A DNA stretch of 64,000 nt from positions 62,001 to 126,000 of the IMG/VR virus record IMGVR_UViG_3300043464_001630. One strand, written 5' to 3'. The notes beneath the pieces were generated by a model. The model ran no database searches and was not told where the DNA came from. It was given only the letters and a program-made list of their open reading frames with translations. Shown here in pieces: positions 56,620 to 64,000 of the stretch (within the stretch, counting starts at the first letter, position 1; the number at the start of each line of letters is the position of its first letter). A program made the position numbers and the translations under genes.

Positions 56620-57337
56620 AACAAACTTTGTTCAGAAGTTTTTAACTCCGATTTCTAGAATTAACGAACTTTGTACTTTAACTGTACAAAAAAATAACAT
56701 CTACAACTTAAACAGAACAGCAGATACAAATTTTAGTTTGTATTCTGTTTGTTCTGATGTGGAAACTGAAGGTGTAGAAGAAAATGTTAATTTAAGTTTT
56801 GCTGATGTTAAAAAGCTCATCAAAGTTTTAGATCTTTTATCAGAAAATTCATTAAATTTAGTCTTAAACAAAAACAATGTAGAATATAGTGACAAAGGAA
56901 CAAAATTCCGTTTTCATCTTATTAGTGATAACATTGTTAAGTCGCCAAATTATAACATTGATAAAATCAATGCACTACAATTTGACACTGAATTTAAGTT
57001 AAATAACACCGTAAATAGTCACTTGATAAAGAGCAGTACATTTATTACAGACAGTAATAAAATTTACATCTCTACTGAAAATGGCTATGTAATGGCAGAA
57101 TTAACTGATAAATCTAAAAACAACATCGACAGTTATTCTGTTAAAATTTCTGATTTTTATGGAGGAGATTCAATTACTAAGCCTATATCTTTTAATTTTG
57201 ATTTGTTTAGGAATCTTTGTTATTTAAAGACTACCGAAGCATCGGTTAGGTTAAATACTAAGATGGGATTTATCGCTTTTGATATCGAAGACGATAAGTA
57301 TAAACTGAAATACACCGCAACTGCATATTCGATATGA
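56597..57337 (+). CDS. gp45: Sliding clamp
   Basis: 246 aa, two-fold beta-alpha-beta repeat size and pattern (DVKKLIKVL; FNFDLF.NL), replication context. Confidence 0.75.
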   Translation: MILRILNKTNFVQKFLTPISRINELCTLTVQKNNIYNLNRTADTNFSLYSVCSDVETEGVEENVNLSFADVKKLIKVLDLLSENSLNLVLNKNNVEYSDKGTKFRFHLISDNIVKSPNYNIDKINALQFDTEFKLNNTVNSHLIKSSTFITDSNKIYISTENGYVMAELTDKSKNNIDSYSVKISDFYGGDSITKPISFNFDLFRNLCYLKTTEASVRLNTKMGFIAFDIEDDKYKLKYTATAYSI

Positions 57338-57696
57338 TCTTGAACAAAAGACAAAAAAATAAAATAAAAACGCCCGGCTATTTCATTAAACGTCTTAGAG
57401 ATTGTAAGTTTGGTGTGCTTCGTGTATTTCAAAATTACGCAATAATGGATTGCAGAAAATGGACAGTATTAATAGATCCGGGTAATACTTCTATTTTTGT
57501 AACTTGTTATGTTAACAAAGATTTTGATAATCAAATAATGTTTGAATTCAATGATAGTGGAAATTATTTTCCCAAGAATTTTTCTGTGAATACAGAATCA
57601 ATCGAAGTTATTGTACAAACATTAATTGACCGAGGTATTCCAACAATTTCAGAAAACAGTCAATTTTTCAAAGAAAAGGAGAATAATGCAAACTGA
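57334..57696 (+). CDS. Hypothetical protein
   Basis: 120-aa ORF coupled to gp45 (ATGA overlap). Confidence 0.7.
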   Translation: MILNKRQKNKIKTPGYFIKRLRDCKFGVLRVFQNYAIMDCRKWTVLIDPGNTSIFVTCYVNKDFDNQIMFEFNDSGNYFPKNFSVNTESIEVIVQTLIDRGIPTISENSQFFKEKENNAN

Positions 57697-58030
57697 TAGC
57701 GACAACCCAGAACTTCCAAAAAAGAAAAAGACTCCTATTAAGAAGTCTAAAGAAACAAAACCTGTCGTTTCTACTGATCAAATTAAAAAATTACTAAGAG
57801 ATGCATTGATTAAAAATATAGATGATGCTGCAAAGCAAAACGAAATTGAAATAGATGCATTAATTGCTACTATGGAAGAATTTCTAAGATCATTTATTTT
57901 AATTGGATACAACTTAAATAGCGAACCAGTGGTTATTACGAATGCTAGATCACAAATAGATGCTGATGCATTAAACACTGCATTATCTAGATTATTTTTT
58001 AGTATTCATGGAGGACACGGTGGAGTTTAA
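57686..58030 (+). CDS. Hypothetical protein
   Basis: Start moved to ATG 57686, preceded by AAGGAG Shine-Dalgarno. Confidence 0.7.
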   Translation: MQTDSDNPELPKKKKTPIKKSKETKPVVSTDQIKKLLRDALIKNIDDAAKQNEIEIDALIATMEEFLRSFILIGYNLNSEPVVITNARSQIDADALNTALSRLFFSIHGGHGGV

Positions 58031-58033
58031 TTT

Positions 58034-58291
58034 ATGAATCATCCTATTAAACGACATGCATATGCAGTGACTACAGGAGCGTATGTAGGCGAAATAATGG
58101 TTTTTGTTAATAAAAATGAAGACTCATATAATTTCATATCTATACCTAAAAACATCAATAGAAGTATTCCTGTAGGCAAATTTGAAATTGGTCTAGATCA
58201 TTCAATTGTTGAACATGTAGAAGAAATACCAAATGATGTTTATTCTATTTTAGAGAAACAATTTGAATTTAATCAAAATTTAGATAAATAG
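58034..58291 (+). CDS. Hypothetical protein
   Basis: 85-aa ORF in operon. Confidence 0.65.
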   Translation: MNHPIKRHAYAVTTGAYVGEIMVFVNKNEDSYNFISIPKNINRSIPVGKFEIGLDHSIVEHVEEIPNDVYSILEKQFEFNQNLDK

Positions 58292-58296
58292 TATTT

Positions 58297-58500
58297 ATGG
58301 AAATAGTAAGACCAGTACAAATCACATCACCAATTAGCGGTCAGCCATCAATTCCTAAGATCACTGAACGCCAATATGGCGATAAGATTTACGTAGAAGC
58401 AGTATGGTATGATAATGCTTCTGGTGCCTTTATCAGGAAGGGTGTTGTACGAATTCTTGATGCTACCACCAAAGAAGACATCACTTCCCAATGTAAATAA
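58297..58500 (+). CDS. Small hypothetical protein
   Basis: 67-aa ORF, TAAATA-N6-ATG. Confidence 0.65.
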   Translation: MEIVRPVQITSPISGQPSIPKITERQYGDKIYVEAVWYDNASGAFIRKGVVRILDATTKEDITSQCK

Positions 58501-58536
58501 GTTGATTTTTAGAATCACTTTTGTTAGCATGGTTAT

Positions 58537-59520
58537 GTGAACCATATTTCCGAAGACTTTATTGTAAATAAATTCTATCAATTCGTTGGGCTTCCTAAAA
58601 AGAACCGATACAGTGATACTTATCAAGGTTCTTGCCCAATGTGTAGAGAGGGTTCTAGTTGGTTGAGAAAGCAGAGATTCTTCTTTATTCCTAAGAAGAA
58701 TCTTTGTTTTTGTCATAATTGTGGTTATTCGGCTAATCCTATAAAATGGGTCGCTGATGTTTCAGGAATCACAATAAAAGAGGTTATGGAAGAAATGGGA
58801 AATAACGTAGTCGATATTTCTCTAGAAGAAGAACATAAACCAAAAAAAGTAGCAGACACGCTTCCTAAAGATTGTATTAATCTTTTCGATCAAAGTCAGG
58901 TAGATTATTACAAGAATAATAAGATTGTAAACAAAGCAATAGAATTTATAAAGAATCGAAAATTAACTGATGCAGTTAATAAACCAAAGGCACTGTACTT
59001 GTCATTAAGTGACAGTGTACATAAAAATCGACTTATAATTCCTTTTTTTGATGATAACGAAAAGATTGTTTATTATCAAAGTAGAACAATCTTAGAAAAT
59101 GAAGAAATGTTCAAGCCCCGATACATTTCTAAAATAGGAGCAGAAAAGTCGGTATTTAATATAAATTTGGTGAGTGCAGATTCTGAGTATATCTTCGTTT
59201 TTGAAGGGCCTATCAATTCCTGCTTTATGAAAAACGGAGTAGCAGTCGGCGGAATACAAGAAAACTCCTATCAATTATTCACCAACTTCCAAGAAGAACA
59301 GATGAATAAATATCCGTTTCATAAAAGAATTTGGATATTAGATTCTCAGTGGAAAGACAAGGCGGCTTTCAATAAGACTAAAAAGTTAATAGAATCTAAA
59401 GAAAAAGTCTTTATGTGGCCTAAAGAAATAGGAAAAATCTGTAAAGATTTCAATGACATAACAATGAAGTTAGACAAAAACGAAATCTCTACAGATTTTG
59501 TATTGAAGAATATTATCTAA
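58537..59520 (+). CDS. gp61: DNA primase
   Basis: CPMC...CFCHNC zinc ribbon, RLIIPFF, YQSR, TOPRIM FEGPINS...ILD, KDFND. Confidence 0.93.
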   Translation: MNHISEDFIVNKFYQFVGLPKKNRYSDTYQGSCPMCREGSSWLRKQRFFFIPKKNLCFCHNCGYSANPIKWVADVSGITIKEVMEEMGNNVVDISLEEEHKPKKVADTLPKDCINLFDQSQVDYYKNNKIVNKAIEFIKNRKLTDAVNKPKALYLSLSDSVHKNRLIIPFFDDNEKIVYYQSRTILENEEMFKPRYISKIGAEKSVFNINLVSADSEYIFVFEGPINSCFMKNGVAVGGIQENSYQLFTNFQEEQMNKYPFHKRIWILDSQWKDKAAFNKTKKLIESKEKVFMWPKEIGKICKDFNDITMKLDKNEISTDFVLKNII

Positions 59521-59524
59521 AAAA

Positions 59525-59971
59525 CTAGACTCCTTTGAGACTAGAATTGTTAGAACTAGCTAGATAACCTTTAAACATTTCGTTTAAAGAAGAAACTTCC
59601 ATAGCAACACGGGCAATCTTCTTTGTTTCTGCTACACGAATCTTATCGAAGAGAGTATCTGGTACACAATTCTTTAGTTTTGATTGTAAAGAACTTTCAT
59701 CTGTACCGTTGAGAAATTTAGAGAATTGTTCGAGTTGTGTAATCCAACCTTTCAATGAAGCTACCATGTTGGCTTGCATCTTTGAAGTAGCCATCATGTG
59801 ATCAGCAGCAGCTCCTGCATCACCGTCAAAATCTGAAGGATTTGTTCCTTTATCTAGTGTTTGAGCCATAGCATCAGCATCTGATAGTTCTGATGCTGGA
59901 TCTGGTTGAACTGGTTCTGGAGCTTCGCGTAATACGTGTACGAATGCTTTTTCAAAAAGATTACTACTCAT
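59525..59971 (-). CDS. Hypothetical late protein (N-terminal LFEKAF..VLREA)
   Basis: Start moved to 59971 (TAAATA-N5). Confidence 0.75.
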   Translation of the reverse strand: MSSNLFEKAFVHVLREAPEPVQPDPASELSDADAMAQTLDKGTNPSDFDGDAGAAADHMMATSKMQANMVASLKGWITQLEQFSKFLNGTDESSLQSKLKNCVPDTLFDKIRVAETKKIARVAMEVSSLNEMFKGYLASSNNSSLKGV

Positions 59972-60005
59972 GAAATTATTTAGTTCAAAATAGTAAATAA
60001 TTCTA

Positions 60006-60347
60006 GTGAAACGTAAAATTTTAAAAGAAGACATGATGGCTAATGCAGAACGCCAAACGACAAGCGTTGGGCCGGGTGCAACAGATCATCCATTCTATCA
60101 AATGGCTGTTCCCACAAGTCCTGATGCATTTAAAAGTCCATCAGATCGTGTATTGCCGTTCGAAATAGATAAGTTTAAAAATAGACTGTTTGAAATCTTA
60201 GAAAAGACTATTTTATTACGAAAAGACTTTGATAAGTCTTTAAAGAATCCATCTGTAAAAGATTCACAAAAAGTAGCAATTCGTAAATCTATTAAAAGAT
60301 TAGATCGTATTAACGAAATGCTCATAGATATTCCTGATTATCTGTAG
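60006..60347 (+). CDS. Hypothetical late protein
   Basis: GTG start, TAAATA-N6; divergent partner of 59971. Confidence 0.7.
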   Translation: MKRKILKEDMMANAERQTTSVGPGATDHPFYQMAVPTSPDAFKSPSDRVLPFEIDKFKNRLFEILEKTILLRKDFDKSLKNPSVKDSQKVAIRKSIKRLDRINEMLIDIPDYL

Positions 60348-60389
60348 TTTTTTATTGAAAAATAACAAAAACTAGAGTATTATTATTTA

Positions 60390-60815
60390 ATGCTTAGAAA
60401 AATACTTGTTCCTATTCTCACATTAATCAGTGTGAGTACTTTAACATCTTTGCCATTATCTAATGATCTAATTTCGTTCTCCAAGGTATTTCTTTGTGCT
60501 ACTATCGCACAAATTATTCTCTATAATTTATATAAGAAATATTTAGAAATTAAATTAGAACACATCAAAAACGAAAGAATCAAAGAATTCTCTAAACAAG
60601 GGTTAGATATTAACTGTCCTTGTCATAAAAACATTCCGATGTTTGTTCCAGTTACTTTGAATCAAAAGAATTCGTTTAAGTGTGGTGAATGTAAAAAAAC
60701 CGTAGCAGTGGATATTACTGCAAAGGCTTTTCTAGAAACAGAAATCATTGATTTAGATGCAGCAGATGCTGCTTTTGTAGAAGTTTACAAGAAGATCCAA
60801 GAAACCAATGAATAA
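60390..60815 (+). CDS. Membrane protein with zinc ribbon
   Basis: Two hydrophobic N-terminal helices, CPC...CGEC. Confidence 0.7.
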   Translation: MLRKILVPILTLISVSTLTSLPLSNDLISFSKVFLCATIAQIILYNLYKKYLEIKLEHIKNERIKEFSKQGLDINCPCHKNIPMFVPVTLNQKNSFKCGECKKTVAVDITAKAFLETEIIDLDAADAAFVEVYKKIQETNE

Positions 60816-61209
60816 CGAAACTTTTCAATCACAAGAACTGAAAGATGCCGTTTCAGTTGCTCCCAGTATCACTTACTATGAATTACCAAAAGTTGATACA
60901 CAAAATTTAAAAGATGAAATTAAGAAATACTTAGTTCTTAAAGATTCTAAATTATTGGGTATTTTTGAAAATGCCTCAATGGGTCGTGTTAATAAGTCTT
61001 CTGGAAATGAAAATATTAAGAATTTGCTTCATTTAATAAGAGATTTATTTGCTCTTAAATTCAGAGAAGATAACACGAAGAATTTGACAGTTAGAAAAAA
61101 TATTGATATAATGTTTCTAGCATTAGAATCTATGATGATCAACAATATTGATCTTTCCGCAGATGAAATTAATGCACTAATTTTAGGATACATTTCAAAA
61201 ACTTTATGA
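60808..61209 (+). CDS. Hypothetical protein
   Basis: 133-aa ORF in operon. Confidence 0.65.
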   Translation: MNNETFQSQELKDAVSVAPSITYYELPKVDTQNLKDEIKKYLVLKDSKLLGIFENASMGRVNKSSGNENIKNLLHLIRDLFALKFREDNTKNLTVRKNIDIMFLALESMMINNIDLSADEINALILGYISKTL

Positions 61210-61448
61210 TCGAAAATATTTCAATTACTACCAAATCCAATAAAACACACGTAATGTCCGTAGATACTTACACACGTTGGTTATGTTTAGCAGAATCTAT
61301 GGAATTTATTAACTTAAAAGCCAAAGAATGTAAAATGGATTTGGAAAAAACTGATAAATGGATCAAGCCGTTGTCGTTACAAAAATACATTAACGAACGC
61401 TTTCCTAGCATGAGTCACGATTTTAGAATAGAAGAGTACTTGGATTAA
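61206..61448 (+). CDS. Hypothetical protein
   Basis: 80-aa ORF, ATGA coupling. Confidence 0.65.
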   Translation: MIENISITTKSNKTHVMSVDTYTRWLCLAESMEFINLKAKECKMDLEKTDKWIKPLSLQKYINERFPSMSHDFRIEEYLD

Positions 61449-62293
61449 AGTATTAATTTTTTAATTTTATTATTGTTTTTATCTGCTATATAAATAAAAT
61501 CATTTTTGTATAATATATTACGAATATTATTAAATTTTGACAGAGATGCTGCTCCTATACTATCTCCAGCAGTTGCAGTTCCTGCGAAATTGGATAAACT
61601 TCCCGGATAAAATTTTTTAATTATATTTCCGTCAACTACATATAAATTATCGTATTTATCTAAACAAATGCTATTGGGGTTGGTAAATCCTCCTCCGTAT
61701 TGCGTCCAACTTGATCCGTCTTTTTTTATTTTATATGTTACCTTATTTTTAGAATCTGAAAAATATACATTTTCATTATTATCTAAAGCTACTGCTTGTA
61801 TAGTCGGAGCAGCTTGTAAAGTATTTGTTTTGCCAAAATTAGAAGTTCTAGTTCCACTTAAATTAAATTTATTTATCTGAAAATAATCAGAAACAAAAAT
61901 ATTATCACTTTTGTCTATAACAATACCAGAACTATTGCCTAGATTTTTATAAAATGTAGACAGTTGACCTAGTGTATCTATTTTGTATATATTAAAGTTG
62001 TATATCGCACTTCCTTGTGTAGTGGGATCTGTCGTATAAATATTATTAGAACTATCTATTCCTAAAAATAATGGTCTTATACTTCTGGTTGCTGTTATAA
62101 TTTGAGTAAATGTTGTCATCACACCAGTTGGTGTGATTTTATTTATCCAACTTCCACCAGAACAAGTAACAAATAAATTACCACTAGAATCAAAAACCAT
62201 AGCTTCTGGTTGATTAATATTAATAAAAGTTTCCACCATTGGTACTTTTACTTTTACAGATTTTAAAATTGTAAATGCGTTTCCTATTGGCAT
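61445..62293 (-). CDS. NHL-repeat beta-propeller protein
   Basis: Repeated PxxxxxDxxxNxYVxD units (PEAMVFDSSGNLFV, LGIDSSNNIY, VIDKSDNIFV, ALDNNENVYF, CLDKYDNLYV). Confidence 0.88.
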   Translation of the reverse strand: MPIGNAFTILKSVKVKVPMVETFININQPEAMVFDSSGNLFVTCSGGSWINKITPTGVMTTFTQIITATRSIRPLFLGIDSSNNIYTTDPTTQGSAIYNFNIYKIDTLGQLSTFYKNLGNSSGIVIDKSDNIFVSDYFQINKFNLSGTRTSNFGKTNTLQAAPTIQAVALDNNENVYFSDSKNKVTYKIKKDGSSWTQYGGGFTNPNSICLDKYDNLYVVDGNIIKKFYPGSLSNFAGTATAGDSIGAASLSKFNNIRNILYKNDFIYIADKNNNKIKKLIL

Positions 62294-62296
62294 AAA

Positions 62297-63241
62297 TTAA
62301 AAATTTTGTCCACCAATAAACCCGTACCAATCAGATCCTACTTTTGTAAAAGCAAATACATCAGTTTTTCCAGTAGTTGTATTCACTACGGGAATCACTC
62401 CATTAGCCCATTTTACACTAATTCCTGCTATTGTAAAATTAACAGTAAATGTGCCTGTTTGGGTGATGAACATGGTAATACTGAAAGAATCGGTAGGAAT
62501 AGTTCCAGCTAAAGTGAAACCTGTGATATTTCCTGTTAAATTAATAGGAAAAGTGTTTCCATTATCTAAATTAAGAGATACCGATCCAGTACCAGTAACG
62601 AAACTAGACTTTTCCGAAAATCCTTTCAATACCAAAGATCCTGTCATTTCTCCACCACTGAGCGGAAGAAACTTACCGAATGGATTAAACTTATCTACGT
62701 ATTGCTTTGGTGCTGCATGTAAATTTTGAGTTGGATCTGCTGCTAGTACCAATGATCCAGTCATGGTGTCTCCGGATTTTAAAATGTAATTAGCAGTGCT
62801 TGGAATCGGAATAGCAGAAATTTTACTATTTAATGTTTTTAAATTAACAGCATCATAATCTAAAATTGGATCTTTTACATTAACGATAAAATTGTTATGT
62901 ACATCGACTTTTTGATTAAAGTGCGCTTCTCCAAATGCAGATAAAGTAGCATTAACCGATAAAGTTCCGTTCATCCTCTCTGTTGGAGCGAACGTCAAAC
63001 CATTTTTATCTAATTTATTCGCAATAGACTGAGAAATTGTATTTAGATTTGTTTGTAAATTATCTATTTGAGTTTGTACTGACGTATTAACTTCTGTTTT
63101 TATTTTAGAAGTTAAATTATCAAAAGAAACTTTTTTCGTAAAATATCCTCCAGTTGCGGGATCTGCTATATCAAACGCAGTAAAATCAGTACCCTTTACC
63201 GTGGTACTTTCTGCTAGTTTATTAATGAAAGAATCAGCCAT
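62297..63241 (-). CDS. Tail-fibre-like structural protein
   Basis: Coiled coil, DAVNLKTL / AAPKQYVD fibre joints, LPLSGG.MTG repeats, C-terminal beta-sandwich. Confidence 0.8.
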   Translation of the reverse strand: MADSFINKLAESTTVKGTDFTAFDIADPATGGYFTKKVSFDNLTSKIKTEVNTSVQTQIDNLQTNLNTISQSIANKLDKNGLTFAPTERMNGTLSVNATLSAFGEAHFNQKVDVHNNFIVNVKDPILDYDAVNLKTLNSKISAIPIPSTANYILKSGDTMTGSLVLAADPTQNLHAAPKQYVDKFNPFGKFLPLSGGEMTGSLVLKGFSEKSSFVTGTGSVSLNLDNGNTFPINLTGNITGFTLAGTIPTDSFSITMFITQTGTFTVNFTIAGISVKWANGVIPVVNTTTGKTDVFAFTKVGSDWYGFIGGQNF

Positions 63242-63253
63242 ACATCTATTTAG

Positions 63254-63964
63254 TTATTTTGATTTGTGCATCAGTGATCCCACACTAGTCGGATCTGGAT
63301 TTCCTATATCAATATGTCCACTCAATGGCGATTGAATAATATAGAATGTTTCGATTTTTGTTTCGATTTCTGGTCTTGGTCTGAAAATAGTAGTCGGAAC
63401 TGCTGTGTTTCCTTGTATGTGTATGTCTTTTATATTAAAAATACATTTTTGTTCACCTGAATTAAGAGGAGAAGAATATCCAAATCCTATTCTGTAAAAA
63501 TCAGTATCACTAGCAGAGATTCCGGTATTAATAGAAGCTAATTTGACGTATCTATTCGTTTCTTTATTTTTCGCTGCTATTTTCAAAGTCTGAGCACAAT
63601 TTGTAAAATTAAAACGAATAGTATCAAATTCGTTGTTAGGTTTTATCAACGAAGACAACATCGGAAAAAGTGCAAAAGAAGTGATAGTAGTAAATGACGT
63701 TCCTCTTTTTATAGTTAATGTGTCGTTGCTGTCTATCATTACACCTAAAACTGCTCCGGTCACTCCTGATCTACTTTGATATGGTGCGAATCCAAGTCCT
63801 TCGTATGTACCCCCTCCTACTAACGTGGGATTGTTAAATAAAAAAGTAGAAAATCCTCCGGTGGAATTTGTTGATCCTGATAAATTATATCCAAATGACC
63901 ATGTAATGTCAAAATTGGCATTGAATGCGCTATTGATAAAAAAATTGCAAGAAGATTCTGACAT
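63254..63964 (-). CDS. ConA/L-lectin-like beta-sandwich protein
   Basis: FDITWSF...GGFSTFL...GLGF...LGVMID pattern; TAAATA-N6. Confidence 0.55.
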   Translation of the reverse strand: MSESSCNFFINSAFNANFDITWSFGYNLSGSTNSTGGFSTFLFNNPTLVGGGTYEGLGFAPYQSRSGVTGAVLGVMIDSNDTLTIKRGTSFTTITSFALFPMLSSLIKPNNEFDTIRFNFTNCAQTLKIAAKNKETNRYVKLASINTGISASDTDFYRIGFGYSSPLNSGEQKCIFNIKDIHIQGNTAVPTTIFRPRPEIETKIETFYIIQSPLSGHIDIGNPDPTSVGSLMHKSK

Positions 63965-64000
63965 CCTAATTATTTAGACTATATAACTAAATAATTGAAT

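Noticed and set aside
58348-58716. 122-aa minus-strand ORF overlapping the primase start
   Set aside because: Antisense to two plus-strand genes, one of them clearly gp61
1-64000. Stop-codon reassignment (TAG/TGA recoding as in some large phages)
   Set aside because: Core genes are full length in code 11, and TAG, TGA and TAA all end genes at expected positions
1-64000. tRNA, rRNA, DGR/retron reverse transcriptase, integrase or transposase
   Set aside because: No cloverleaf-sized intergenic space with T/D-loop motifs and no RT or recombinase motifs seen; tRNAscan/Infernal would be needed to exclude small RNAs fully

Overview
A 64-kb, very AT-rich, densely coding segment of a large T4-like (Tevenvirinae/Kyanoviridae-style) myophage, read in standard code 11. 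Left part (mostly minus strand) is morphogenesis: split gp5 hub/spike, gp23, gp22, gp21, gp4, gp13, gp20 with a mini-intein, and gp15. The middle has a DinG-type helicase, GroES, an rmlA/rmlB/split-transketolase/glycosyltransferase cluster, a kinase, NUDIX and PhoH. The right part (mostly plus strand) is replication/recombination: uvsY, uvsW, gp55, gp47, gp46, gp43, uvsX, gp32, gp45, gp61, ending in fibre/propeller/lectin genes. Strongest observations: (1) the late sigma factor gp55 is interrupted by a 337-aa LAGLIDADG intein; (2) 31 genes have TAAATA 5-7 nt before the start codon and 13 have sigma70 -35/-10 boxes 6-10 nt before it, implying a largely leaderless transcriptome, while gp23 and gp32 have hairpin + A-rich leaders; (3) about a dozen otherwise unrelated late proteins (LRR/PcfJ-like, ADP-ribosyltransferase-like) share an N-terminal ...L-x-E(A/G) signature resembling gp21 cleavage/head-targeting peptides; (4) a u-spanin-like lipoprotein; (5) a candidate branched-chain dTDP-sugar pathway. 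All family calls are from motif recognition by eye; no database searches were run. Several starts were corrected relative to the ORF track using the promoter spacing.
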